Source: a virus
Lineage: Duplodnaviria; Caudoviricetes
DNA length: 31,546 bases
Reading direction: 5' to 3' (one strand)
Virus record (IMG/VR): IMGVR_UViG_3300022158_000006
Coordinates: 1 to 31,546 of that record
Below the pieces are notes generated by a model. It did not search any database. It saw nothing but the letters and a program-made list of their open reading frames with translations, and was not told the DNA's origin. Both the position numbers and the translations under genes were made by a program. The stretch's first letter is position 1, and the number at the start of each line of letters is the position of its first letter. Shown here piece by piece: positions 15,549-26,285 of the stretch.

Positions 15549-16462
15549 TGGCAAATATATTACTCAGATCACCTTACTACGAATACAACACTCAAGCAGG
15601 TTCAGCAACAGCTACTATGGAGCTTTTCATAGATGGCACATTAAGATATACACTCTCAAAAGATGTAGATTCTGCTGAGGGAGCATTATTTGAAATCAGC
15701 GAGCTAGCAAGAGATTACTTAGACATAACATTTGATGGAACATACACCTCTCAAGTGCTAACCGTTACAGGAGATATAAAGTTCTACGATTCTAGTGATG
15801 CACAGGTAGGTTCTACAGTTAGCTTCTCACATAAGGGATTTGATGGCTATGGAGAGTTTTTAGATGGTGCTAATCCTACTATAACATCAGCAAGTCTGCT
15901 GCAAAGTAACACAACAATGTACTGGCTAGAAGGACAAGCAGGAAGAATACCTGAAGAAAGCTCAGGAGCTATAAACTATTACTCTTTTGGATCATCAGAT
16001 ACTACAGCATCAGCAGGAGGACAGTCAGTAACTATAAAGAGAGTTTGCGAGGCTAGATACACACCTATCTTAGTGACCTTTGTAAACAAGTTTGGAGCAT
16101 TGCAAGATATGTACTTCTTTAAAAAATCTATAGAAAGTGTTAGTACTAGTTCAGAGACTTACAAGCGGTCTTTAGTTGATAGCACAGGGAGCTACTCTAC
16201 TAACAAGCACTCAGTAAGAACTCTCAGAACCATAGGCACTCAGTCAATCACTATGAATACAGGCTATATGGATCAGGGAATGAATCCAGTATTAGAGCAG
16301 CTATTAATGTCTCAGCAAGTGTGGATGAATTATGAGTCTAATGTAACGCCTATTACAATTACAAGCAATCAGCTAACTTATAAAACTAGCGTCAATGATA
16401 AGCTAGTAGATTACACTATAACAGCTCAGATGGCTTTTAATCTTGCAAATGACCTCAGATAA
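15548..16462 (+). CDS. Tail-tip structural protein
   Basis: Beta-rich; FVNKFG motif; coupled to the large tail gene. Confidence 0.6.
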   Translation: MANILLRSPYYEYNTQAGSATATMELFIDGTLRYTLSKDVDSAEGALFEISELARDYLDITFDGTYTSQVLTVTGDIKFYDSSDAQVGSTVSFSHKGFDGYGEFLDGANPTITSASLLQSNTTMYWLEGQAGRIPEESSGAINYYSFGSSDTTASAGGQSVTIKRVCEARYTPILVTFVNKFGALQDMYFFKKSIESVSTSSETYKRSLVDSTGSYSTNKHSVRTLRTIGTQSITMNTGYMDQGMNPVLEQLLMSQQVWMNYESNVTPITITSNQLTYKTSVNDKLVDYTITAQMAFNLANDLR

Positions 16463-19400
16463 TGCAGACAATACAGCTATACATAGATGGACAAAGAGTA
16501 GATCTTTTTAAAGATGAGTCAGTAAGCATAACTCAGACCATACAGAATGTAAAAGATATAGCTAAGGTATTTACTGATTTTAGTAAGACCTTTAATTTGC
16601 CTGCCTCAAGAACTAATAACAAGATATTTCAGCACTATTATAACTACCACATAGATGATGGCTACGATGCTAGAAAGAAAGTATCAGCAAGAATCGATCT
16701 AAACAACAAAGAATTTAGAAAAGGAAAAATAAAGCTAGAAGGAGTAGATTTAAAAGAGGGTGAGCCACATACCTATAGAATTACTTTCTTTGGCAATACA
16801 GTCAATCTTAAAGACTTAGTAGGAGAAGATACATTAAGCTCTTTAGACTGGCTAAACAACTTCAATGCTACTTACAATGCAGCGACAGTAAAAACAGCTC
16901 TTACAGCAGGAATAGACAAAACTGTAGATTCTGTTACATACACAGATGCTCTAGTAGCACCTTTGATTACACATACTACAAGATTATTTTATAACACAGC
17001 CTACTCTAATATAGCTTATCCTGATGAGAACTCAGGCAACTTATATCCTAATGGCACTACCTCTCCAACTATGCACGGAGTTTATTACGGAGAGCTAAAA
17101 TATGCCATAGCAGTACATCTTATAGTAAAAGCAATAGAAGAGACATATAACATAAGATTCTCAGATGACTTCTTTGATAGCACAAATGACAGCTACTATG
17201 ATTTGTATATGTGGCTACATAGAAAGAAAGGAGATGCCTTTGAGGAGGATGAACCAATAACAGAGCTAATAGATAACTTTACAGTAGATACATCTTCTAT
17301 GAGTAAGGTGCTATTTCTACAATCTAGCTTTTTTATATTTGGATTAGTAGGTTCTCAGTCGCTTCCTTACACTCTTACAGTTAATAGTTCTACATCTAAT
17401 CCTTACACAGTTATCATTAAAAAGGATGGACAAGTATTTGCTCAGCAAAGTGTTACTAGTGGCAATAATGTTTTAACAGGATATTTGACTAACAGCTCAT
17501 CAGGCTACTCTGTTTACATTCAGACAGACACAGCTATGACAGTTACCTCTGTTACAGTAGAAATTACAGATCCTTACATCTCACAAAGTAATACTTATTC
17601 TACTAGCGGTTCTTCATCAATAACCACTACAAGAAACTTCATTATAACAGAGCAGATTCCTAAGATAAAAGTAATAGACTTCCTTACAGGACTTTTTAAG
17701 ATGTTTAATTTGACAGCTTACTATGATGGGGAGACTATTGCAGTAAAAACTTTAGATGAGTACTATTCAGATTCTACTACGACTTGGGATATTACAGAGT
17801 ATGTAGATAACACTCAAGGATCAGTAGATATAGCCTTGCCTTTTAAAGAGGTAGATTTTAGCTATGAGGGATTAGGAACTAAACTAGCACTAAGACACGA
17901 GCAAGATAATAATCAAGGATGGGGTACTACAGAATATAGAGGGGGAGATAACTATGATGCAGGAGGGGATGTGTACTCTGTGAAAGCTCCTTTTGAACAC
18001 GTTAAATATGAGAGGCTAATTGATGGTGCTACTTCGTCAGCTACCTTTGTGCAAGTGGGCTGGTTTGTAGATGATAACAATGATCCTTACTATGGAAAGC
18101 CTTTGTTGTTTTATCCTATTTTAAATTCAGGTACTACGATACGATTCTTAGAAGATTCGACAAGCACCTACTCAGATATATCAGCCTATTTCATTCCATC
18201 TAATAGCGTTTCTTTAAATTCACTTACAAGCACTAGAAACATTAACTATAATCTAGAGGTAAATGAGTACACAGCAGATACTAGCTTTTCAGGAACGTTA
18301 TTTCAGCAGTATTATAGCAGCTATATTTCAGAAGTGTATAACAACAAGCTAAGACTCACTAAATATAAAGCATATTTGCCTCTTAAATTCTTGCTTAATT
18401 ACAGCCTAGCAGATGAGGTGCAAGTCTTAGATAGAAAATACAGAATAAATAGCATACAAACTAACTTAGAAACAGGAGAGAGCGACTTAGAGCTGCTTAA
18501 TATAATCACCTTTCCTCCTCCTCCTGAGCAATCAGTAGCAGCAGTAGCTACGACTAGTCAAACATCAGTTACACAAACCTCAGCAGTATTTAATGGGCAA
18601 GTAACAGATGAGGGCAATCCTGCATATACAGAGAGAGGATTTTACTGGAAAGTAGGCACAGGCACTCCAACAGCTTCTGATAATAAGCAAGTAGTAGCAG
18701 GAACAGATACTAATTCTTACTCATACACTAATAGCTCACTATCAGCAGGCACTACTTACACCTACATAGCCTTTGCTACTAACTCTATAGGCACTTCCAC
18801 AGGTGCTGCTATAACTTTTACTACATCAGCAGCTCTTAGTTTGCCAGTAGTTCAAACATCAGGCACATCTTCAGTTACTCAGACCTCTGCTAACTTCTTA
18901 GGATATGTATCAAGTGTGGGTAATCCTAACTATACAGTAAAGGGATTCTATTGGGTGCAAGGTACAGGCACACCTACTGCTAGTGATAACGTGGTGAATG
19001 TATCAGGAACATCATCAGGATCATATCAAACAAACGTTACAGGACTTAGCTCAGCTACTTCTTACTCTATTGTGGCTTTTGCTACTAACACTCAAGGAAC
19101 AGCTACAGGCTCTAAGTTTACTTTTACTACTGCTGCTAGCACTTATGCTCCATCAGTAACAACTAATGCAGCTACAGGAGTGGGAACAGGAGGAGCTACA
19201 TTAAACGGAGACATCACAGACGTAGGTAATCCTAATTACACAGAGAAAGGCTTTGTTTACTTAGCAGGATCAGGAACACCTACTACAGCAAACACAAAAG
19301 TAACAGTATCAGGCACGTCATCAGGAGCGTATAGCACGATTATAAGCTCTCTTAGCTCATCTCAGCTATATTCCTATAGAGCGTATGCTATAAACACAGT

Positions 19401-20493
19401 AGGAACATCCTATGGAGCTACACAGACCTTTACAACAGCCTCTGCGGTTACCTGTGATGGAGGTACGTTATACTTCCAAAACCATCAAATATCAGGAATC
19501 AATGCTACACTAGCAAATGGTACTTTGACCTATGGCACAGGAGAGTGTGGTGATCCTATTAGTCCTCAATTAGAATTACTATTCACTAACAATGAAGGAG
19601 AGTGGGTATCTACTTCTCAGATTACTAGCTTGCAGTTATACGAGGGAGCAACAAATGTTACAAGCCAGTACACTATTGGTGCTACACTAACAGGAGATGT
19701 GATGAAGATTACGCTATCAGGCAACTTCCCTAGTGATACAAATGATGGAGACCACACCTATAGCTTCCACATTACAGCTTACAATGTAACATCTTATACT
19801 ACAACTATAACACTACCTACTGCTAGTGATGTAGAGAATAGCTCATTAACAGTTACTCCTGATACATCAGCTTCTTATCCTGCTTCTAAGACAGATACAG
19901 ATTACAATGTATCTACTTTATATCCTAGAGGTGAGGTAGGAGATGCTTACAGATACACTTTGACATACACAGCAGATTCAGGATTTGAGTGGACAGGCTT
20001 AGGAAACATAACAAGCCCTACAGTTAGTCCATCAGGTACAGGGGTGTCAGCAACGGCAAGCTCATATACTAGCACAACACTTACAGTAATTATAAGTGGC
20101 ACTATTCAGTCTAGCGATAAGTCAGCTACTGTAGCTTACACAGGTAGTCCTATAGCTGATGCTGCCACATCAGTAAGTCAGATTAGATATAAATTATCAA
20201 GCGGATCAACTTGGATAACAGTTACTACTCCTAGAGCTATTCAAGTTAATGAGAACACTTCTTATGATATTGAGGTAACAGCTAATGGAGCATACTATGT
20301 AAGCTATCAAAATAGCACACTCGTTGCATCATTATCTCCAACAGTAAACGACACAGGAGATGTTATGGTACATACCTTAGTAACAAATAATGGCTTAGTA
20401 GGAGGTGGTGATTTGACAGGACAATTCTTGATTTATCCTAGAGGTAGTGTTACTCTACTATCAGGAGTAAGATTAGATTTTATAGATTCATAA
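16462..20493 (+). CDS. Large tail-tip/hub protein with C-terminal FN3/Ig-like repeats
   Basis: FSKTFNLPA...NN.IF, FLTGLFKMFNL, YRINSI..NL.TG.S.LEL; three ~102-aa repeats after a PPPP hinge. Confidence 0.8.
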   Translation: MQTIQLYIDGQRVDLFKDESVSITQTIQNVKDIAKVFTDFSKTFNLPASRTNNKIFQHYYNYHIDDGYDARKKVSARIDLNNKEFRKGKIKLEGVDLKEGEPHTYRITFFGNTVNLKDLVGEDTLSSLDWLNNFNATYNAATVKTALTAGIDKTVDSVTYTDALVAPLITHTTRLFYNTAYSNIAYPDENSGNLYPNGTTSPTMHGVYYGELKYAIAVHLIVKAIEETYNIRFSDDFFDSTNDSYYDLYMWLHRKKGDAFEEDEPITELIDNFTVDTSSMSKVLFLQSSFFIFGLVGSQSLPYTLTVNSSTSNPYTVIIKKDGQVFAQQSVTSGNNVLTGYLTNSSSGYSVYIQTDTAMTVTSVTVEITDPYISQSNTYSTSGSSSITTTRNFIITEQIPKIKVIDFLTGLFKMFNLTAYYDGETIAVKTLDEYYSDSTTTWDITEYVDNTQGSVDIALPFKEVDFSYEGLGTKLALRHEQDNNQGWGTTEYRGGDNYDAGGDVYSVKAPFEHVKYERLIDGATSSATFVQVGWFVDDNNDPYYGKPLLFYPILNSGTTIRFLEDSTSTYSDISAYFIPSNSVSLNSLTSTRNINYNLEVNEYTADTSFSGTLFQQYYSSYISEVYNNKLRLTKYKAYLPLKFLLNYSLADEVQVLDRKYRINSIQTNLETGESDLELLNIITFPPPPEQSVAAVATTSQTSVTQTSAVFNGQVTDEGNPAYTERGFYWKVGTGTPTASDNKQVVAGTDTNSYSYTNSSLSAGTTYTYIAFATNSIGTSTGAAITFTTSAALSLPVVQTSGTSSVTQTSANFLGYVSSVGNPNYTVKGFYWVQGTGTPTASDNVVNVSGTSSGSYQTNVTGLSSATSYSIVAFATNTQGTATGSKFTFTTAASTYAPSVTTNAATGVGTGGATLNGDITDVGNPNYTEKGFVYLAGSGTPTTANTKVTVSGTSSGAYSTIISSLSSSQLYSYRAYAINTVGTSYGATQTFTTASAVTCDGGTLYFQNHQISGINATLANGTLTYGTGECGDPISPQLELLFTNNEGEWVSTSQITSLQLYEGATNVTSQYTIGATLTGDVMKITLSGNFPSDTNDGDHTYSFHITAYNVTSYTTTITLPTASDVENSSLTVTPDTSASYPASKTDTDYNVSTLYPRGEVGDAYRYTLTYTADSGFEWTGLGNITSPTVSPSGTGVSATASSYTSTTLTVIISGTIQSSDKSATVAYTGSPIADAATSVSQIRYKLSSGSTWITVTTPRAIQVNENTSYDIEVTANGAYYVSYQNSTLVASLSPTVNDTGDVMVHTLVTNNGLVGGGDLTGQFLIYPRGSVTLLSGVRLDFIDS

Positions 20494-20494
20494 T

Positions 20495-20647
20495 ATGTTA
20501 GAAAATATATTAGAACTGCTACGGCACGTTAATGGAGAGACAGAGAATATCAGAATAGCACAAGGAAAGTATCTTTTGCCTGATGGTTTTAAAATGGTAT
20601 ACAGACAAGTTAAAAAGGAATATAAATGGCACAAAAGTATCAAATAG
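20495..20647 (+). CDS. Small hypothetical protein (50 aa)
   Basis: Hand-translated MLENILELLRHVNGETENIRIAQGKYLLP... Confidence 0.65.
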   Translation: MLENILELLRHVNGETENIRIAQGKYLLPDGFKMVYRQVKKEYKWHKSIK

Positions 20648-22239
20648 AAATTGATGTAGATTCTAGATCCTTAGGGGAGTTAGAAGATATGTTACAAGAT
20701 GTTAATGAAGAGTTAAAAGACTTAGACAGGAATAGTGATGCTTTTAAAGAGGCTGCTGCTAAATCTCAAATACTAAGCAAAGAAATTGAAAAAATCAACA
20801 ATGAGATAGAGGGTTTTGATCTAGAGGACAAAATAATGGCAGCAGATGGAGCTGCTAAAGTTTTTGGAGGATCACTCTCTGCTGTTGTCGGCACGTTGGG
20901 TACACTAGGTATAGAATCGGAGGCATTTGGTGAATTTGAAGAAAAGGCTGCCTCTGCTATTGCTGTAGGGTTAGGTATTAAAGATGTATCAGAGGGATTT
21001 GGTCAGCTTAGAATAGCTATTGCTAAATCAGGGGGAGCATCTAAGTTATTTGGCATAACAACAAAAAAGGCATTAATAGCTACAGGTATAGGTGCTTTTG
21101 TAGTCGCAATAGGAAGTATAGTTGCTTATTGGGATGAAATTAACGCTGCAGTAAAAAGGTTTGGGCAAAACGTGCCTTTTGTTGGTAAAGCTATAGAGTT
21201 AATTCAAGATAGTTTTAATTCACTTTATGATGCTGCTAAGCCTGTATTGCAATTTTTAGGCATATTGCCTAGTGAGGCGGAAGAGGCACAAAAGAAAATA
21301 GCAGAAACTAGTTCAAAGACTATAAGAGAACTACAAAGAGAAATAGCATTAGCTCAAGCAAGAGGAGATTCAGAGAGAGAACTGTTCAAGCTTAGAGAAA
21401 AATTATTACAAGAAGAACTTTCAATGCTAGAAAGAGGTAATGCTGAGAAAGATGAAATATATAAAAAAGAAACAGAGTTACTTGCATTGCAATTAGCTGA
21501 GCAAAAAAGATTAAGAGAGGAGTCTGAACAAACTGTAGTTAGAGAAAAGGTAAATACAGTAAATGCTATTAAAACTACAGCAGATGAAGAGGTAAAAACT
21601 GAAGGAATAAAAACTCAACAAATAAGCATATTTAATAAAGCAGCACACGATCAAAACGCACAAATGCTCTTAGATCAAATAGATGCACAAGCTCAACTAG
21701 ATGCAGCACGACAAAACTCACTTAACAATATTATTGCAATAGCAGGTACTGAAAGCAGAGTAGGCAGGGCGGCATTAATAGCTAAACAAGTGCTATCTGC
21801 TCAAGAAATGATAATAAATGCTAAAAAAACTTTAAGTAATATAGCATCGAGTTCAGCAGAAGCAGGTGTATCTACAGCAACAGGATTTGCTCAGACATTA
21901 AAAGCTGGTTTCCCTCAAAACATTCCATTGTTAATAGCTTATGCAGCACAAGCTTATAGTATTGGCGCAAGCATTGCATCTGCTATAGGTAAAGCAAAAA
22001 GCAGTGTTGGAGCGGCAGGCGGTGGTGTCAATATTCCTAGTATGAGTACTATATCTGCACCTACAGCATCAGCACCACAAGCACCTGCCTTTAATGTAGT
22101 GGGAGCATCAGGTATGAATCAGCTTGCAGAGGGGATAGCAGGCGCACAAGCTAGACCACAGAGAGCCTATGTAGTAGCTAATGATGTTACAACAGCTCAG
22201 GGTATGGATAGAAACATAGTAGAAGGTGCTAGTATTTAA
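20626..22239 (+). CDS. Tail tape measure protein (short, 537 aa)
   Basis: Helical, Ala/Gly/Glu-rich; ALIATGIGAFVVAIG; C-terminal RAYVV..DVT. Confidence 0.8.
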   Translation: MAQKYQIEIDVDSRSLGELEDMLQDVNEELKDLDRNSDAFKEAAAKSQILSKEIEKINNEIEGFDLEDKIMAADGAAKVFGGSLSAVVGTLGTLGIESEAFGEFEEKAASAIAVGLGIKDVSEGFGQLRIAIAKSGGASKLFGITTKKALIATGIGAFVVAIGSIVAYWDEINAAVKRFGQNVPFVGKAIELIQDSFNSLYDAAKPVLQFLGILPSEAEEAQKKIAETSSKTIRELQREIALAQARGDSERELFKLREKLLQEELSMLERGNAEKDEIYKKETELLALQLAEQKRLREESEQTVVREKVNTVNAIKTTADEEVKTEGIKTQQISIFNKAAHDQNAQMLLDQIDAQAQLDAARQNSLNNIIAIAGTESRVGRAALIAKQVLSAQEMIINAKKTLSNIASSSAEAGVSTATGFAQTLKAGFPQNIPLLIAYAAQAYSIGASIASAIGKAKSSVGAAGGGVNIPSMSTISAPTASAPQAPAFNVVGASGMNQLAEGIAGAQARPQRAYVVANDVTTAQGMDRNIVEGASI

Positions 22240-22240
22240 A

Positions 22241-22274
22241 ATGCAAAACATTAAGATATAAACGTTATATAATT
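22241..22274 (+). promoter_or_regulatory. Putative late promoter
   Basis: ATGCAAAA-N14-CGTTATATA-N3-ATG. Confidence 0.75.
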
Positions 22275-23177
22275 ATGAGAATAGTAGAGCTTATCTTAGA
22301 CGAGGATCAAGAGATGGCAGGAATCGAAGCCATTTCAGTAGTAGAGAATCCTGCAATAGAAGAGGACTTCATAGCTTTAAAAGCAGAAGAGATAAAACTA
22401 GCGGAAGTATCAAGTGAGAAAAGAATCCTTATGGGTGCTTTATTGATACCTAACAAGCCTATATATAGAAGATCAGGAGAAGATGAATATTACATATACT
22501 TTTCAAAAGATACTGTCTTAAAAGCCTCTCAAATGTATTTAATGAAAGGCAATCAGAATAACTCAACGCTAGAGCATCAATATGAATTATCAGGACTTAG
22601 CTTAGTAGAGTCTTGGATAGTAGAAGATGAGGTACACGATAAGAGCAGAAAATATGGAATGAATGTTCCTATTGGCACTTGGATGGGTACTGTCAAAGTT
22701 AATAACTCTGATGTGTGGGAGAACTATGTTAAAACAGGAAAAGTAAAAGGCTTCTCTATTGAGGGTTACTTTGCAGACAAAATGGAAAGACCTCAAGATA
22801 ATGTAGGGATGAGCAAAGAAGAGCTAGAAGCAAATAGCCTTATAGAGCAAATTAAAGCCATTTTAAGAGAAGAACTCGAATCATATACAGATTATCCTGA
22901 ATCAGCTTCAAACAACGCTAAGAAAGCCTTAGAATGGGCAGAAAAGAATGGATGGGGAGATTGTGGAGAGGCTACTGGAAAGCAAAGAGCAAACCAATTA
23001 GCTAACAAAGAGCCGATCTCAAGAGACACGATTGCTAGAATGGCATCTTTTAAGAGACATCAGCAAAACAAAGACGTTCCTTATTCAGAAGGATGCGGAG
23101 GTCTTATGTGGGATGCGTGGGGTGGCACTAGCGGAGTAGAATGGGCAATCAATAAGCTAAAAGAAATAGATGGCTAA
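22275..23177 (+). CDS. XkdF-like prohead serine protease with an extra C-terminal domain
   Basis: AISVVENPAIE, LEH, ESW, GTW, VKGFSIEG. Confidence 0.75.
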   Translation: MRIVELILDEDQEMAGIEAISVVENPAIEEDFIALKAEEIKLAEVSSEKRILMGALLIPNKPIYRRSGEDEYYIYFSKDTVLKASQMYLMKGNQNNSTLEHQYELSGLSLVESWIVEDEVHDKSRKYGMNVPIGTWMGTVKVNNSDVWENYVKTGKVKGFSIEGYFADKMERPQDNVGMSKEELEANSLIEQIKAILREELESYTDYPESASNNAKKALEWAEKNGWGDCGEATGKQRANQLANKEPISRDTIARMASFKRHQQNKDVPYSEGCGGLMWDAWGGTSGVEWAINKLKEIDG

Positions 23178-23304
23178 GATTCAAATATCAAACTATAGAA
23201 AAAAGCCAAAGGTTAGCAGACCTAATGTTCACGCTAAAACTAAGATGAGCAAACTAAAATCAAGCAAGAGCTATAAGAAACTATACAGAGGACAAGGTAG
23301 ATGA
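23170..23304 (+). CDS. Small basic peptide ending YRGQGR (44 aa)
   Basis: Hand-translated MAKIQISNYRKKPKVSRPNVHAKTKMSKLKSSKSYKKLYRGQGR. Confidence 0.7.
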   Translation: MAKIQISNYRKKPKVSRPNVHAKTKMSKLKSSKSYKKLYRGQGR

Positions 23305-23930
23305 TTAAAAACACTTCATATAAAGTACAAGCAGACGTAGATAGCGAAGAAGTAAGACTCCAATACCAAATAGAGGAGGGTGCTTATGTTACTACTTCTA
23401 CAGGAGTGTGGACTGTGTGGAATGGAGATTGGAGAAAGATATATCCTCAGTCAGGAGCAGGATCAGGATTAGGATGGGGTAGATATATAGATACAGAGTA
23501 CACAGAGGTAAGTCCATTATCTTTAGCTGCCGACACTTTAACTGTATTGCCAAACAATAAAGATAGCGTAATAACAAGCGATCCTTCTGTTGATTATTAT
23601 GAGAATGGTGCTAATCAAAAAATAAAAGGAGACAACTTAAATGATGTTTTTATAATTACTATAGAATGGAAAGCACAAGCTCCTAATGCTAATCAAACTC
23701 ACTTAAACTTATCAATACAGAATGGTGGCGGTATTATTGAAAATTTAGATATTGCCTTAGCATATGTAAAGGGCAATTCAGAAACACAGGTGTTTCATAA
23801 TGTTTTTCAGTATTACATAGATCAAAATTTCATAGATAATGGTGCTTCATTATATATACAGTCTCACGGAGGAACTTCTACTGTGTGGGATATAGAATAT
23901 TTCATTCAAAAAACTCAAAGCTATGCCTAA
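23301..23930 (+). CDS. Hypothetical beta-rich virion protein
   Basis: ORF track; head-operon position. Confidence 0.7.
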   Translation: MIKNTSYKVQADVDSEEVRLQYQIEEGAYVTTSTGVWTVWNGDWRKIYPQSGAGSGLGWGRYIDTEYTEVSPLSLAADTLTVLPNNKDSVITSDPSVDYYENGANQKIKGDNLNDVFIITIEWKAQAPNANQTHLNLSIQNGGGIIENLDIALAYVKGNSETQVFHNVFQYYIDQNFIDNGASLYIQSHGGTSTVWDIEYFIQKTQSYA

Positions 23931-24075
23931 ACACGACAACAAAACCCCTAGTAGAACATCACCTAAAGGAAGCAAGAGAGGCTGCCTTTGCAAAGACTCT
24001 AACACATATTCTAGCAAGTGCTGTGATGGCTCTTTGTGGGCGCAGGGAATAGGTAACATCTACGGAAATAACTAA
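23923..24075 (+). CDS. Small Cys-rich protein (50 aa)
   Basis: Hand-translated MPKHDNKTPSRTSPKGSKRGCLCKDSNTYSSKCCDGSLWAQGIGNIYGNN. Confidence 0.7.
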   Translation: MPKHDNKTPSRTSPKGSKRGCLCKDSNTYSSKCCDGSLWAQGIGNIYGNN

Positions 24076-24077
24076 AA

Positions 24078-24111
24078 ATGCAAAATACTAATTAATAATC
24101 GTTATATAAAT
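24078..24111 (+). promoter_or_regulatory. Putative late promoter
   Basis: ATGCAAAA-N14-CGTTATATA-N3-ATG. Confidence 0.75.
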
Positions 24112-24708
24112 ATGAAAAATCCAACAGAAATGCTAAAAGAGATTAAAAACCTTCTAGGCATTGAGCTTTCTGAGGAAATTAAAGAGCGAGAAGTTACTAC
24201 TGAGCAAGTAGAGGCTAGCTCTGAGGTAAATCTAGCTCAAGCAAAACTAGAAAACGGAACAGTCCTTGAAGCTGAGGCTTTCGAGGCAGGCAATGAAGTC
24301 TTCATCATAACAGAAGATGAAAAAATACCTGTACCAGTAGGAGAGTACCAAATGGAAGATGGTATGATCTTAGTAGTATCAGAGGAAGGAATGATAGCAG
24401 AAATCAAAGAAGCTGAAGCCGAAGTAGAAGAAGAAGAGGTAGAAGCTGCTGCTGACTATGCTACTAAAGAAGAATTAGCTGAGATCAGAACTATGGTAGA
24501 AGAGATCAAAGCTATGATTAAGGAAAAAGAAGAAATGGCTACTGTAGAAGAAGAGGCTCAACTTAAAGAAGAGTTATCTAAACCTGCTGCTGCTCCATTG
24601 AAGCATAATCCTGAATCAGAGAACAAAAAACCTCAAGTGTTATTTAGCCAAAAGAGAGCATCTAGCACAAGAGATCGAGTATTTCAAAAAATTGCAAACC
24701 TAAAATAA
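24112..24708 (+). CDS. Putative capsid scaffolding protein
   Basis: Very Glu-rich; directly upstream of the major capsid gene. Confidence 0.7.
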   Translation: MKNPTEMLKEIKNLLGIELSEEIKEREVTTEQVEASSEVNLAQAKLENGTVLEAEAFEAGNEVFIITEDEKIPVPVGEYQMEDGMILVVSEEGMIAEIKEAEAEVEEEEVEAAADYATKEELAEIRTMVEEIKAMIKEKEEMATVEEEAQLKEELSKPAAAPLKHNPESENKKPQVLFSQKRASSTRDRVFQKIANLK

Positions 24709-24717
24709 AAATTAAAA

Positions 24718-25665
24718 ATGGCGACTACAACTAGTATTACAAGTACTTATGCAGGGGAATTTGCAGGCAAGTATATTTCTGCTGCACTACTTTCTTCTCC
24801 AACTTTGGAGCAAGGAAACATCGAAATCAAACCTAATGTAAAATACAAAGAGGTTATCAAAAAATTAGCAACCGATTCTAACGTAATCAAAGATGCTACT
24901 TGCGACTTTACAGACACAGCTACAATTACTTTGACTGAGCGTATTCTTCAGCCTGAGGAGTTCCAAGTGAACCTTGAGCTCTGCCGTAAAGATTTTCACA
25001 GCGACTGGGAAGCTGTTCAGATGGGATATTCTGCATTTGACAACCTACCTCCTGCTTTTAGTGATTTTTTAATTGCTCACGTTGCAGGTCTAGTAGCTGA
25101 GAAAAACGAGCAAAACATCTGGGGTGGTGTTACAGGTAACGCAGGAGAGTTTGATGGTATTACTGTACTAGCTGCTGCTGATGCTGATGTAAACGATGCT
25201 GCTAATGGTGGAGAAACTGCTTTCTCTTCTACTAACATCATCACTTTGTTAGAGAATGTAGTAGATTCTCTTCCTTCTGCTGTTTATGGTAAAGAGGATT
25301 TGACTATCTATATGCCTACTATTGCTTGGCAGTCTTACATCCGTCAATTAGGTGGATATGCTGCTAACGGAGTTGGTGCTGCGGGTTACGAAAACAGAGG
25401 TTCTCAATGGTATAATATGGGCAATGCACTTTCTTTCGATGGTATTAAGTGTGTTCTTGCTCCGGGTATGCCTACTAACCACATCGTAGCAGGACAAAAA
25501 TCTAACTTCTACTTCGGTACTGGTCTTTTATCAGATCATCAAGAAGTTAAATTGTTAGATATGGCTGATCTAGATGGTTCTCAGAATGTTCGTGTAGTAA
25601 TGCGATTTACTGCTGGTGTACAGTACGGAATTGGTTCTGATATTGCTTTGCTTACTTTAGCTTAA
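24718..25665 (+). CDS. Major capsid protein
   Basis: 315 aa; follows the scaffold and precedes a terminator; YAGEFAG.YI and RFTAGVQYG motifs. Confidence 0.8.
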   Translation: MATTTSITSTYAGEFAGKYISAALLSSPTLEQGNIEIKPNVKYKEVIKKLATDSNVIKDATCDFTDTATITLTERILQPEEFQVNLELCRKDFHSDWEAVQMGYSAFDNLPPAFSDFLIAHVAGLVAEKNEQNIWGGVTGNAGEFDGITVLAAADADVNDAANGGETAFSSTNIITLLENVVDSLPSAVYGKEDLTIYMPTIAWQSYIRQLGGYAANGVGAAGYENRGSQWYNMGNALSFDGIKCVLAPGMPTNHIVAGQKSNFYFGTGLLSDHQEVKLLDMADLDGSQNVRVVMRFTAGVQYGIGSDIALLTLA

Positions 25666-25686
25666 TAAATAATAATTGTCTAATAT

Positions 25687-25724
25687 AAAGGGTGGGTAAG
25701 GACAGTTCCTGCCTGCCCTTTTTT
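25687..25724 (+). terminator. Rho-independent terminator after the major capsid gene
   Basis: AAAGGGTGGGT...GCCTGCCCTTT followed by a T-run. Confidence 0.75.
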
Positions 25725-25736
25725 AATACTTAAAAT

Positions 25737-26264
25737 ATGGCTTGTGCATTAACAACAGGAAGATCACTACCTTGTAAGAGTGCTGTAGGTGGACTTAAAA
25801 CAGTTTACTTTGCGGACTATGGCACTTTAGGTACAGCTACCATTTCAGCAGGTGAGATTACAGCTCTATCAGGCACTCCTTCGTGGTATCAGTATGATAT
25901 TAAAGGAAACTCTAGCTTAGAGACTACTGTAAACTCATCAAGAGAAAATGGTACTACTTTTTACACGCAAACTCTTAACTTGACACTCACTTACTTAGAT
26001 AAGGCTACTCAAGAGGAGATTAAACTACTAGCTGCTGCTAGACCTCACGTTGCTATCGAGGATTACAATGGAAACTTTTTCCTAGTAGGACTTGAACACG
26101 GAGCAGAGGTAACTGGTGGTACTATTGTTTCAGGTGCAGCAATGGCTGACCTTTCAGGATTTACTTTGACTTTTGAAGCTATGGAGACAGCTCCTGCATA
26201 CTTTGTTACTTCTACAGTAATTACAGATGATGCCTCAGCTACTCAGATTGATCCTGATGCTTAA
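25737..26264 (+). CDS. Major tail (tube) protein
   Basis: MAC.L..G...C...VGG start; ENGT.FY.Q, DYNG, GFTLTF motifs. Confidence 0.7.
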   Translation: MACALTTGRSLPCKSAVGGLKTVYFADYGTLGTATISAGEITALSGTPSWYQYDIKGNSSLETTVNSSRENGTTFYTQTLNLTLTYLDKATQEEIKLLAAARPHVAIEDYNGNFFLVGLEHGAEVTGGTIVSGAAMADLSGFTLTFEAMETAPAYFVTSTVITDDASATQIDPDA

Positions 26265-26285
26265 TATTGTTTTTTAGAGAGAAGG

